47,319 bases of DNA from Erythrobacter sp. (GTDB taxonomy: Bacteria > Pseudomonadota > Alphaproteobacteria > Sphingomonadales > Sphingomonadaceae): contig JAGREI010000001.1 of assembly GCA_020446625.1 (NCBI GenBank), positions 1 through 47,319 on the forward strand, read 5' to 3'. A program made the position numbers and the translations under genes. Shown piece after piece: positions 31,545 to 40,392 of this stretch. Below the pieces are notes generated by a model, which was given only the letters and a program-made list of their open reading frames with translations, searched no databases and had not been told where the DNA came from. Position 1 is the first letter of the stretch. Each line of letters starts with the position of its first letter.

Positions 31545-32990
31545 ATGACTGGCGACACGGCACAGACGGATGCGGTACCCAGCGCGGCATTGAGCGAGGG
31601 CAAGCGCACGGCAGCCTTCTTCACGGTCTTGATCGCGGTGGTGCTGGAAGTGGTCGATTCGACTATCGTCAACACCGCGCTGCCGGTGATCCGCCAGTCG
31701 CTGGATGCGTCCCCGGCGGAAATGCAGTGGATCGTGGCGGGATACCTGCTGCTGCTGGGATCGCTGCTGCTGCTGGGCGGGCGGCTGGGTGATGCACTGG
31801 GCCATTCGCGGATGTTCCTGGCCGGGGTAGCAGCCTTCGTCGTCGCTTCGGTGCTGTGCGGCCTGGCCCGCAATCCGGAGGAACTGATCGCCGCGCGCAT
31901 GTTGCAGGGCGCGGCGGGGGCGATCATGGCGCCGCAGTCGATGGCCGTGGTGCAATTGCTCTATTCCCCGCTCGAACGGGTGAAGCAGCTGGCCTATTTC
32001 GGGCTGGTGCTGGGCCTGGCGGCGATCCTGGGGCCGATCCTGGGCGGCGCGCTGATCGACCTGGATGTGCTGGGCCTGGGCTGGCCGGTGATCTTCCTCA
32101 TCAACCTGCCGATCGGGCTGCTCGCGCTGGTGCTTGGCTGGTTCGTGCTGCCCACGGCGGAGGACAAGGCAGAGCTGCGTGTAGACCCGCTGGGCGCGCT
32201 GGTGTTCAGCCTGGGGCTGGGCGGCGTGCTCTATGCCCTGATCGAAGGCAACGAGAAGGGCTGGACCCTGAACCTCGGTGCGCTGCTGGTGCTGGCCGTC
32301 GCGCTGCTGGCCTGGGGCTGGTGGCGCGCCCGGAGGCGGGAGGCGGCACATCTGCCCACGATCATCCGGCCCACGCTGTTCGCCATTCCCACCTTCTGCT
32401 GGGCGACCACGGCATCCTTCGCCTTTGCCGCCGCCTCGATCGGCTTCCTGCTGGTGTTCGCGGTTGCCCTGCAAAGCGGCCTGGGCCTGTCGCCGCTGGA
32501 TACTGCGCTGGTGCATATCCCCTTTGGCATCGGGGTGATGGTGGCGGTGGGAGTCTTCGTGCCGCGATTGTTGCCGCGGCTGGGCAAGCTGGTGCCGCTG
32601 GCGGGCGGGTTGCTGATGCTGGCGGGTGCCGTCGCATCCATGCTGCTGATCGCCGGGGGCGACGGCGGCAATGCGCCGCTGCTGGTGATCCTGGCCTTTA
32701 CCGGGGTGGGCATGGGGCTGCTCAACGGCCCGCTCGGCCCGATCGTGGTGGCGGACGTTTCGCGCGAACATGCCGGTACGGCCAGTGCCACTTTCCGCAC
32801 CGCGCAGCAGATCGGCGGCGCGGCGGGGATCGCGCTTGTGGGCGGTGCCTATTTCGCCCGCGCGGCGGCTACCGGCACGCCGCTGGCGGGGATGCTTCCC
32901 GCCGCCGTGGTGGTGGCCGTGCTGCTGGCCGTTACGGTTGCCTGCGTGTGGATGCTGCCGCGCCGCCTGTTCGCCGGGGATGCGGACTGA
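31545..32990 (+). CDS. MFS DHA2 (EmrB/QacA-like) efflux transporter
   Basis: DSTIVNTALP, WIVAGYLL, GGRLGD, ARMLQGAAGA, GPILGG, W.VIFLINLPIG. Confidence 0.88.
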   Translation: MTGDTAQTDAVPSAALSEGKRTAAFFTVLIAVVLEVVDSTIVNTALPVIRQSLDASPAEMQWIVAGYLLLLGSLLLLGGRLGDALGHSRMFLAGVAAFVVASVLCGLARNPEELIAARMLQGAAGAIMAPQSMAVVQLLYSPLERVKQLAYFGLVLGLAAILGPILGGALIDLDVLGLGWPVIFLINLPIGLLALVLGWFVLPTAEDKAELRVDPLGALVFSLGLGGVLYALIEGNEKGWTLNLGALLVLAVALLAWGWWRARRREAAHLPTIIRPTLFAIPTFCWATTASFAFAAASIGFLLVFAVALQSGLGLSPLDTALVHIPFGIGVMVAVGVFVPRLLPRLGKLVPLAGGLLMLAGAVASMLLIAGGDGGNAPLLVILAFTGVGMGLLNGPLGPIVVADVSREHAGTASATFRTAQQIGGAAGIALVGGAYFARAAATGTPLAGMLPAAVVVAVLLAVTVACVWMLPRRLFAGDAD

Positions 32991-34112
32991 TCAGGCGGAT
33001 TCGCCTGCGATCCGCACCTGGTTCCGGCCATGCTCCTTGGCCTGGTACAGGGCCTCGTCAGCGGCCGCCAGCGCCTCGCGCGCGCCGGGATAGGCGAACA
33101 CGTCGGCCAGCCCGCCGGAAAAGGTGATCTGGCCAAACGGCTGTTCGGTCCGGCGGTTGACCAGCTTGCGTTCGGCCAGCTGCGCCCGTGCCCCGTCGAG
33201 CAGCGTGCGGGCTTCTTCCAGCGGCAGGCCGCGAAACAGCACCACGAATTCCTCCCCGCCGTGGCGGGCAATGTGGCAACGTTCGCCCGAAATGGCGGCC
33301 AGTGCCTTGCCGACCACACAGATGATCCGGTCGCCCGCCTCGTGGCCGTGGGTATCGTTGACCCGCTTGAAGTGGTCGATGTCGCAGAAGGCCACGACCA
33401 GCGACTCCCCGGATTCGCGCGCTGCGGCGTATTCGGTTTCCAGCGTGGCTTCGAAGGCGCGCCGATTGGGCAGGCCGGTGAGGAAATCGTACTCCGCATC
33501 GCGCCGCGCCAGTTCCAGGTTCCTGCGCAGGGCCGCGGCTTCCTGCTCGCTCTCCTTCAGCTCCGCTTCCGCCCGGCGCGAGCGATCGAGCATGGCGCGG
33601 GCATAGGCGGCGAGATCGGAAATCACCTTTCCCGCATCGGGCTGCGCGTCCAGCTGGTCCATGTGGACGGCCAGCGCGTCGCCATAGTTGCGCGTGGCGC
33701 TGCGGGCATGTTCGGTGCTGCGCGAGAAGTCGTCGATCCCCTGTTCCAGCCGCTCGGCCAGCAGGTCGATCGCGTGTTCGCCATGGTTCCGGCTGGCGGC
33801 GGCCCGCTGGAGCCAGTCCTGCGTGATCCGCTGGCCGTCGGCGCACCGCTTGTTGATCTGCCTTGCAAGGCCGGGATTGAGGCCGGAGACTACACCATGG
33901 GCGATGGCCAGGTTGCCGGGGGTCACTTCCAGGTCGTGCTCGGCCAGGAAGGCGCCCACCCGCTCTACCAGTTCGCGCCGGGCCTGCCGCAGGAAATCGC
34001 GCGAAGGATTGCGCGGCGCGGGGGCGGTGTCGTGGGCCTGGCGGCCAAGCCCCAGCCAGCCAAGCAGGCCGGAGGGCGAATGGCCGGGATCGGATGCAGG
34101 ATCGTTACGCAT
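32991..34112 (-). CDS. GGDEF diguanylate cyclase (soluble, coiled-coil N-terminus)
   Basis: DFLTGLPNRR, DIDHFKRVNDTHGHEAGD, ARHGGEEF, ADEALYQAKEHGRN. Confidence 0.92.
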   Translation of the reverse strand: MRNDPASDPGHSPSGLLGWLGLGRQAHDTAPAPRNPSRDFLRQARRELVERVGAFLAEHDLEVTPGNLAIAHGVVSGLNPGLARQINKRCADGQRITQDWLQRAAASRNHGEHAIDLLAERLEQGIDDFSRSTEHARSATRNYGDALAVHMDQLDAQPDAGKVISDLAAYARAMLDRSRRAEAELKESEQEAAALRRNLELARRDAEYDFLTGLPNRRAFEATLETEYAAARESGESLVVAFCDIDHFKRVNDTHGHEAGDRIICVVGKALAAISGERCHIARHGGEEFVVLFRGLPLEEARTLLDGARAQLAERKLVNRRTEQPFGQITFSGGLADVFAYPGAREALAAADEALYQAKEHGRNQVRIAGESA

Positions 34113-34119
34113 GGCAGGC

Positions 34120-34145
34120 AGGACGGCCAGCGCGGCGCGATTTAA
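34120..34145 (-). promoter_or_regulatory. Putative sigma28 promoter of GGDEF gene
   Basis: TTAAA-N13-GCCGTCCT on the minus strand; same boxes as upstream of flgM. Confidence 0.55.
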
Positions 34146-34177
34146 GCTCGGGTCGATTACCTAGCGGCGCGGCAAGA

Positions 34178-34906
34178 TCAGCCATCGTCGTGCTCCATCA
34201 ATGCGCGCAGCTTCAGCAGCGCTTGCGCCTTCAGCTGGTGGACGCGCGGCACGCTCACCTCCAGCACCTCGGCAATTTCGGTAAGGTTCAGCTCCTCGAC
34301 GAAGTAGAGCTGGAGCACCAGTTGCAGCCGTTCGGGCAGGTCTGCCATCGCCTGGTGCAGCCGGGCGCTGTCATCCAGTTCGCTGAGGATGGCAAAGGGA
34401 TCGGGCAGGTCGCTGGCGAAGGCGGCATTGCTGTCGTCGTAGCTTTCATCCATCGGGACCAGCTGGGTCTCTGCGCCAAGATATCCGTCGAGATCGGCGG
34501 GAGCCAGGCCCATGGCCGCAGCCAGTTCGGCGCGGGTGGGTTCGCGCCCGTCGCGCTGGTACAGTTGCCGCGCCACTTGCTCTGCCCGCCGCCGCCGCTT
34601 CACCGCGTTGCGGCTGTCGGGCATCTGCTTGCGGACAAGATCGAACATGGCGCCGCGCACGCGGATCTTGGCATAGGCGGCAAAGCCGTCCTCGCCCGGC
34701 CCATCGTGGTTGCGCGCACATTCGGTCAGCGCGATGAAGCCGGCCTGCATCAGGTCTTCCACGTCCAGCCCGTCGCGCCCGGCGCCGTGGATGTGCCAGG
34801 CGGCCTTGCGCACCATGGGGACAAAGCGGCGCACGCGATCGGCCACCACGTCGTGTTCGCGGTAGGCGCTGGCGGCGGCGGAGAATTGCGCGTGGTGGTG
34901 TTTCAT
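34178..34906 (-). CDS. fliA: Flagellar sigma factor sigma28
   Basis: EDLMQAGFIAL, YAKIRVRGAMFD.VRK, LYFVEELNLTEIAEVLEVSVPRVHQL; follows flhA. Confidence 0.9.
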   Translation of the reverse strand: MKHHHAQFSAAASAYREHDVVADRVRRFVPMVRKAAWHIHGAGRDGLDVEDLMQAGFIALTECARNHDGPGEDGFAAYAKIRVRGAMFDLVRKQMPDSRNAVKRRRRAEQVARQLYQRDGREPTRAELAAAMGLAPADLDGYLGAETQLVPMDESYDDSNAAFASDLPDPFAILSELDDSARLHQAMADLPERLQLVLQLYFVEELNLTEIAEVLEVSVPRVHQLKAQALLKLRALMEHDDG

Positions 34907-37005
34907 GCGGCAAGCGCCTCCATCGGGGCCGGGGCGGGATTTGGTGCCGGTTGCTCAGCGCCGCCGATCACGGCGAGCACTTCCACCGGCTGGCTGGCGG
35001 GCAGTTCGGCAATCGACAGGACCAGGCAGCCCGGCGCGCGCTGCCGCAGCAAGGCGGCCAGGGCGCGGCGGGCGGGCGGCTGGACGATCAGGGCCAGGCC
35101 GCGCGCGCCGTTTTCGGTCACCAGCGCACCGATCCGTTCACCGATCATCCGCGCGCAGTCAGGCTCGATCACCGGCTGGCCGGTCATGGGGTCTTTCAGG
35201 CCGCCAAGGATTGCCGATTCCAGCCCGGCGTCCAGCGTCACCACGCCCAGCGGATCGCCCGGCGGGCAGACCTGCCCCACCAGCCAACCGCCCAGGTCGG
35301 CGCGGACATGGTCCACCAGCGCGTCGAAGTCCTTGGTCGCCTGCAAGCCCAGCGCCAGGCTGGCGAGGATCGGCAGCGGGTGGGCCAGGCTGATGCCATC
35401 GGCCAGCAAGGCGCGCAGCAAGCGGGTGATCGCCGCCAGCGACAGCGGATCGGGATGGATCGCCTTGACCAGCTCGGGCGCCTTGCCGCGCAGGGCATCC
35501 AGCATGGCGCGCACTTCCTCCGGCCCCAGCAATTGCTCGCCGCAAGCCGTCAGCAGCTGGTTGAGATGGGTCGCGATAACCGTGCCCGGATCGACCGTGA
35601 GATAGCCCTCGGCAATCGCCAGCTCGCGCTCATGCGGGGCGATCCACAGCGCCGGGCAACCGAAGCTGGGGTCTCTTGTCTCCTCCCCCGCAAGGCTCGC
35701 GCCAGGGGCGACATCGCCGGTATCGATGGCGAGCACGCGGTCGGGCCGGACCTCGCCCGCACCAAGCACCACCCCGCCCAACGTCACGCGATAGGCATTG
35801 GGTGCCAGCTCCAGCACATCGCGCACACGGAACTGCGGCAAGACGAAACCGAAGGCGCGCGACAGCTGCTTGCGGATGCCGGTGATCCGCGCGACCAGCG
35901 GCGAGCCTTTGGCCTCATCGACAAAGTGGACCAGCCCGTAGCCAAGCTCGAGAGAGACCAGCACCTGGTCGGTCACATCCTCGACCCCGAAGCGGTCAGG
36001 TGGAACCTCCTCCACCACCACCTGCGGCACCGCGGCCGCTGCGGCCTTCTTGCGCATGGCATACCACACCGCGAAGGCAATGGCGGCAGCGGGCAGGAAC
36101 AGGCTCTGCGGCATGGCCGGGATCAGGCCGATCGCCCCCAGCACCAGCGCCACCGGCAACCACCCGCGCGGATCGGCAAACTGTCCGCCGATCTGCCCGA
36201 ACAGGTCGCTGGAGTCGGAGACGCGGGTGACGATCACTGCCGCCGCAATCGACAGCAGCAGCGCCGGCACCTGCGCCACCAGCGCATCGCCAACCGCCAT
36301 GGTGATATAGGTTTCCGCCGCCTCGCCCGCGCTAAGACCGTGACTGATCATGCCCAGCGCGAAACCGGCGAGGACATTGACCGCCAGGATCAGCAGCGCG
36401 GCGATGGCATCGCCCTTCACAAATTTGGAGGCACCGTCCATCGCGCCGTAGAAATCGGCCTCCACCGCCACTTCGACCCGGCGCTTCCGTGCTTCCTCGG
36501 CGGTCATCAGACCGGCGGCGATATCGGCGTCGATCGCCATCTGCTTGCCGGGCAAGGCATCCAGAGTAAAGCGGGCGGAAACCTCGGACACGCGGCCCGC
36601 GCCCTTGGTGATCACCACCATGTTGATGATCAGCAGGATGATGAAGACAAACAGCCCGACGGCGAAATTGCCTCCCACCAGGAATTCGCCAAAGCTCTCG
36701 ATCACCTGCCCCGCGGCAGAACCGCCCTCGTGGCCGTTCACCAGCACGATGCGGGTGGAAGCGACGTTGAGCGACAGCCGCAGCAGCGTGGCGAACAGCA
36801 GCACGGTGGGAAAGGCGGAGAAGTCGAGCGGCTTCTTCGCATTGAGCGCGGCCATCAGCACCGCGATCGACAGGGCGATGTTGAACACGAAGAACATGTC
36901 CAGCATCACCGTGGGGATGGGCAGCACCATCATGGCGATCAGCGCCAGGATCCCGGCGGGCAGGGCGAGCGGCGCGAAGCCGGAGGGAAGAAGCTTGCGG
37001 ATCAC
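34903..37005 (-). CDS. flhA: Flagellar export gate protein FlhA
   Basis: FPTVLLFATLLRLSLNVASTR, RVSEVSARFTLDALPGKQMAIDAD, FYGAMDGASKFVKGDA. Confidence 0.97.
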   Translation of the reverse strand: MIRKLLPSGFAPLALPAGILALIAMMVLPIPTVMLDMFFVFNIALSIAVLMAALNAKKPLDFSAFPTVLLFATLLRLSLNVASTRIVLVNGHEGGSAAGQVIESFGEFLVGGNFAVGLFVFIILLIINMVVITKGAGRVSEVSARFTLDALPGKQMAIDADIAAGLMTAEEARKRRVEVAVEADFYGAMDGASKFVKGDAIAALLILAVNVLAGFALGMISHGLSAGEAAETYITMAVGDALVAQVPALLLSIAAAVIVTRVSDSSDLFGQIGGQFADPRGWLPVALVLGAIGLIPAMPQSLFLPAAAIAFAVWYAMRKKAAAAAVPQVVVEEVPPDRFGVEDVTDQVLVSLELGYGLVHFVDEAKGSPLVARITGIRKQLSRAFGFVLPQFRVRDVLELAPNAYRVTLGGVVLGAGEVRPDRVLAIDTGDVAPGASLAGEETRDPSFGCPALWIAPHERELAIAEGYLTVDPGTVIATHLNQLLTACGEQLLGPEEVRAMLDALRGKAPELVKAIHPDPLSLAAITRLLRALLADGISLAHPLPILASLALGLQATKDFDALVDHVRADLGGWLVGQVCPPGDPLGVVTLDAGLESAILGGLKDPMTGQPVIEPDCARMIGERIGALVTENGARGLALIVQPPARRALAALLRQRAPGCLVLSIAELPASQPVEVLAVIGGAEQPAPNPAPAPMEALAA

Positions 37006-37892
37006 AGACCGAACGCCTCCAGCCGGGCATAGGCGCTGCGCACATGGCGCTGGCCGGGCAAGTCAGCGCCGCTGGCATCGGCCAGGCCGAAGCTCTGCCG
37101 CAGCGTGTCGGCCATGGATGGGCGGGCGGTCTGGGTGATGCCGGAGGCGAAAGTGGGCAGGGCAGGCGCGGCCATGCCCGCCGCCGCAGCAGCAGCAGCG
37201 AAATGCGCGGCGGGGGACTGAGCGGCAAAGGCCGGGGCTTCGCCGCCGCTGGCCATGGCCCGTTCCACCCGGCCACGGATCACGCCCATCACCTCGCTCA
37301 CCGAACGCGGGGCGCCGGACGGATCGCGGAAGATCGCCCGGTTGGCCGCCGCCGCACGCGGCAACAGCGCCACCGCCGAACCATCGGGATTGCTCGCCAG
37401 TTCGGACAGGAAGCGGCTGGCGCCCGAGGTGCCGAGGAAATGGGCGAGATAGAGCTCGCTGGCGTCGGGCGCGCGGCCCAGCACGTCTTGCAGCGCGGCA
37501 CTGTTGTCGGAAGCCAATGCACCCGCCATCAGCGAGGAGGCGGCGGGATCGAGGCGCAGCCCCATGATCGCCTGCCGCATGGCCGGATCGGTGATCCGCG
37601 CCTGCCCGTCGCCGCCGGTCTCGATGGCGTCAGCGAAAGCGCCCAGGCCCAGCCGCTCGCCGTGCTGGTCGAGCACGTTGAGCCAGGTCTGGTCGATGAA
37701 CTGGAACAGCCCGGTGGCACTGGAACTGTCGGCCTCTGCGCGCGGGTTCAGGCCGGATTCGATCTGCGCCTGCGCCAGCAGGAAACGGAAATCGACGCCG
37801 GTCTGCTCGGCCGCGCGGGCGATGGCCTCGCGCGCCTGAGCGGTGTCGCGCTCGGGACGCGTCAGCGATAGTCCTGCGATGGGATCGGTCAT
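37002..37892 (-). CDS. Lytic transglycosylase (SLT domain), flagellum-associated
   Basis: AQIESGLNP, SATGLFQFIDQTW, ELYLAHFLG. Confidence 0.85.
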   Translation of the reverse strand: MTDPIAGLSLTRPERDTAQAREAIARAAEQTGVDFRFLLAQAQIESGLNPRAEADSSSATGLFQFIDQTWLNVLDQHGERLGLGAFADAIETGGDGQARITDPAMRQAIMGLRLDPAASSLMAGALASDNSAALQDVLGRAPDASELYLAHFLGTSGASRFLSELASNPDGSAVALLPRAAAANRAIFRDPSGAPRSVSEVMGVIRGRVERAMASGGEAPAFAAQSPAAHFAAAAAAAGMAAPALPTFASGITQTARPSMADTLRQSFGLADASGADLPGQRHVRSAYARLEAFGL

Positions 37893-37934
37893 CCGCCCCT
37901 GTCCTTGCCGGTTGCTTCTTCTGCGAAGCGTTCA

Positions 37935-37949
37935 GCAAGAGCCGTGCCA
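37935..37949 (-). promoter_or_regulatory. sigma54 promoter of slt-flhA-fliA
   Basis: TGGCAC-GGCTC-TTGC on the minus strand. Confidence 0.85.
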
Positions 37950-37956
37950 GTTGCGG

Positions 37957-38283
37957 CTAGCGCGCCTGCGCCAGGGGCGCGGAATAGAGGCCGGGCGACA
38001 GCGTCAGCCTGTCCAGCCGCGCAGCGACATTGGCGGCCAGCAGGTTGCGCACCTTGCGGTTGATCTCGTTCTGCCGCCGGGCCGCCTCCAGCATGGCGGC
38101 GCATTCGGCGTCAACCGGGGGCTGGGCCTGGGCTTCCAGCACGGCGCACAGCGCCTGCTTTTCGGCAGTGCTCGCCAGCAGCGCGCCAAGGTCCAGCGCG
38201 GCAAGCGCTTGCCGCTCGGCATCGAGGACGGCAAGCATTTGCCGCAATTGCGCGGTCATGGGCTTATCCGCCAGCTCGCTCAT
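37957..38283 (-). CDS. flgN: Flagellar chaperone FlgN
   Basis: 108 aa, helical, L..ERQAL...D..AL...TAEK, coupled to flgM. Confidence 0.72.
   Translation of the reverse strand: MSELADKPMTAQLRQMLAVLDAERQALAALDLGALLASTAEKQALCAVLEAQAQPPVDAECAAMLEAARRQNEINRKVRNLLAANVAARLDRLTLSPGLYSAPLAQAR
38198..38244. promoter_or_regulatory. Tandem CGGCA-N6-TGCCG palindromes inside flgN (candidate sigma54 enhancer)
   Basis: GCGGCAAGCGCTTGCCGC at 38198-38215 and CGGCAAGCATTTGCCG at 38229-38244; same motif as upstream of flgB. Confidence 0.5.
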
Positions 38284-38570
38284 TGGCCGTCGCTCAGCAT
38301 GATGCGGGCGGCGATCATGGCATCCGCGATCTTCGCGGGCACGATGGGATAGCTGCCATCACGCAAGGCGGCGCGGATCTGGGCCACGCGGTTATCGTCG
38401 GTGGGCACTGGCCCGGCGGACACGCGCGTGCCGGTCTGTACTGCCACGCCCTTGTCTGAGGGTGCGTCGACAGTTTCGGCATGGCTGGCGGAACGCTCGC
38501 CAGTCAGTTCGCGGGTGGTGCCGCGCACGGGCAGGACACCGGATAGTTTCGATACGTCGTAGAGGGACAT
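38280..38570 (-). CDS. flgM: Anti-sigma28 factor FlgM
   Basis: DDNRVAQIRAALRDGSYPIVPAKIADAM C-terminal motif. Confidence 0.9.
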   Translation of the reverse strand: MSLYDVSKLSGVLPVRGTTRELTGERSASHAETVDAPSDKGVAVQTGTRVSAGPVPTDDNRVAQIRAALRDGSYPIVPAKIADAMIAARIMLSDGQ

Positions 38571-38601
38571 GGTGGTCGCTCCTGTGAAGTTCCTGATAGG
38601 T

Positions 38602-38628
38602 AGGACGGCCTGCGCAGGGGGTCTTTAA
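38602..38628 (-). promoter_or_regulatory. Putative sigma28 promoter of flgM
   Basis: TTAAA-N14-GCCGTCCT. Confidence 0.65.
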
Positions 38629-38648
38629 GCCCCCGGCAACCAAAAAGG

Positions 38649-39173
38649 TCAGCTGACCGGGATGACCACGCGCTGCGGTGTCTCGATGCGCGCGCGCACG
38701 GTATCGCGCCCGCCTTCGGGTCGCACGCGGATCCAGGCGCCGATGGCACCTTCCTCCAGCGCCTCGCCCTGCTGGCTGACCGAGAACCCGCGCCCGGCGA
38801 CCACGATGTTCAGCACCTGCCCGCGTTCCACCACCACCTGCGCGGAGGCGGCCTGCGGGCCTGCGCTGGCACCCTGCACGGCGATCACCGGCACGAAGAT
38901 GCGCCACGGCGTACCTGCGGTGCATTCCACCCGCACCATCTCCTGCGCGCGGCCCTGCCAGGCCAGTTGCAGCGCGGCGGGACATTGCGCCAGGCGCAAC
39001 CGCCGGTCGACCGGCTGGCGCGCCCCGCCGGGACTGCCGATGGCCGCGCCGGTGAAGGCGGCAACTTCGGCATCGATGGCGCCGGGATCGGCAAAGCCGG
39101 CCTGCTGTGCCAGCGCGGGTGCGGCACTGGCAGCAAGGCTGGCGGCGAGCAGTAGGGTGTTACGGCGGACCAT
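38649..39173 (-). CDS. flgA: P-ring assembly chaperone FlgA
   Basis: Signal peptide, RLRLAQCP, VECTAGTPWRIFV, VVERGQ, QGEALEEGAIG..IRVR. Confidence 0.87.
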   Translation of the reverse strand: MVRRNTLLLAASLAASAAPALAQQAGFADPGAIDAEVAAFTGAAIGSPGGARQPVDRRLRLAQCPAALQLAWQGRAQEMVRVECTAGTPWRIFVPVIAVQGASAGPQAASAQVVVERGQVLNIVVAGRGFSVSQQGEALEEGAIGAWIRVRPEGGRDTVRARIETPQRVVIPVS

Positions 39174-39186
39174 GCGGCAAACTCCT

Positions 39187-39669
39187 TCAGGGGCCGGATT
39201 GCTGTTCCGCATTACGCAAGCCTTGTGCCAGTTGCGGATCGCCATCGTGCGCGAACAGCACCACCACGCCCGATTGCGCGGCCGGTTGCACGATCACGCG
39301 CGGTTCGATGCCCGCTGCGCTGGCCTCTGCCGCCAGTGCCTCCACCCGCTGCACCACGGCTTGCCGTGCGCCGGGGGCAAAGGTGCCGGTAATGGTCAGC
39401 TGCTCGCCCCCGGCGGGCTGGTGCTGGGCAAGGAACATGGCCAGCGGCGGCCCGCCCGGACCGTCGATATAAACCTGATCGGCCACCCCCATTGCAGGCG
39501 CGCCCGGCTCCTGCTCAGCCTCGGCGGGGTTCTCGCCGGGATTGGCCGCGATTGCGCCGCCGGTGACGATGAACAGGATCAGCGAAAGGTCCGCCAGCGA
39601 GACGAGCCAGCTCGCCGTGCCTGGACCATTTGCGGGGCTGCCTCCTGGTCCGGAACCGGCGCGGATCAT
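39187..39669 (-). CDS. motB: Short MotB-like stator protein (160 aa)
   Basis: SWLVSLADLSLILFI transmembrane helix with the conserved Asp; ATGA-coupled to motA; degenerate periplasmic domain. Confidence 0.62.
   Translation of the reverse strand: MIRAGSGPGGSPANGPGTASWLVSLADLSLILFIVTGGAIAANPGENPAEAEQEPGAPAMGVADQVYIDGPGGPPLAMFLAQHQPAGGEQLTITGTFAPGARQAVVQRVEALAAEASAAGIEPRVIVQPAAQSGVVVLFAHDGDPQLAQGLRNAEQQSGP
39216..39230 (-). promoter_or_regulatory. sigma54 promoter of flgA (inside 3' end of motB-like ORF)
   Basis: TGGCAC-AAGGC-TTGC on the minus strand. Confidence 0.82.
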
Positions 39670-40337
39670 GCCACCTGTTCCAGCCTGGCCCTTGCCGAAC
39701 CTTGCTTGTCGCGCGGCGGGCAGGAACCCGCCAGCCGCTCGGCCAGCCAGTCGATCAGACGCTGGCGCTGGGCTTCCTCCTGCGCGTGCCGCCGCTCGAT
39801 CGCGCGCGCCAGCGGCGACAGCGCCAGGTTGGCCAGCAACAGGCCGTAAAGCGTGGTGACGATGGCCATGGCCACGCTGGAAACCAGCACCACGTTGGAC
39901 TCCGCTTCCAGCCGCATCTGGCTGAGCGAGAACAAGGTGCCGGCCATGCCGAACACCGGCGCCAGTTCGGTGGCCAGCCAGACCGGGCGCAAGGCGGCGG
40001 CGTGCTGCTGGGCGCGTTCGGCGCGGCAATGTTCGTGTTCGGCCAGCAGCGCCTGCAAGCTGCGCGAATGCACCAGCGCGGCGGTGACGCGGGCGATCTC
40101 GCTGTCCGACGTGCGGCAGGTCTGCCCGCGCAGCACGCCGTCGTGGCGCATGTCCTCCACGCACCCGGCAATCTCAGACCGCACGGCCTGGTAATCGAAG
40201 GGCGGCGCGAACAGGCGGGCCACGGCGGCCAGCGCGGCGCGCAGTTCGGCCCAGCCGCTGCCCAGCACGGTGGCCAGCAGCGTGCCGCCCAGCACGATCG
40301 CCGCGCCGGTGCCATCCCACAATGCTCCAGGGTCCAT
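39666..40337 (-). CDS. motA: MotA-like stator protein
   Basis: IVLGGT, APVFGMAGT, TTLYGLLLAN..LSPLA. AAGGAG RBS favours ATG 40337; alternative start at 40343. Confidence 0.78.
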   Translation of the reverse strand: MDPGALWDGTGAAIVLGGTLLATVLGSGWAELRAALAAVARLFAPPFDYQAVRSEIAGCVEDMRHDGVLRGQTCRTSDSEIARVTAALVHSRSLQALLAEHEHCRAERAQQHAAALRPVWLATELAPVFGMAGTLFSLSQMRLEAESNVVLVSSVAMAIVTTLYGLLLANLALSPLARAIERRHAQEEAQRQRLIDWLAERLAGSCPPRDKQGSARARLEQVA

Positions 40338-40361
40338 CACCATGCTCCTTCACTGGCTGGG

Positions 40362-40388
40362 AGGACGGCCCCCGTTGCAGGTTTTTCA
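40362..40388 (-). promoter_or_regulatory. Putative sigma28 promoter of motAB
   Basis: TGAAA-N14-GCCGTCCT. Confidence 0.55.
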
Positions 40389-40392
40389 GGGG

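Noticed and set aside
34951-37032. 693-aa plus-strand ORF and similar long overlapping ORFs (42474-44261, 34094-35605, 31380-32771)
   Set aside because: Shadow frames of well-supported genes on the opposite strand.
39187-40337. motAB as pseudogenes
   Set aside because: No frameshift or internal stop is visible, and the RBS, translational coupling, promoter and channel Asp are retained.
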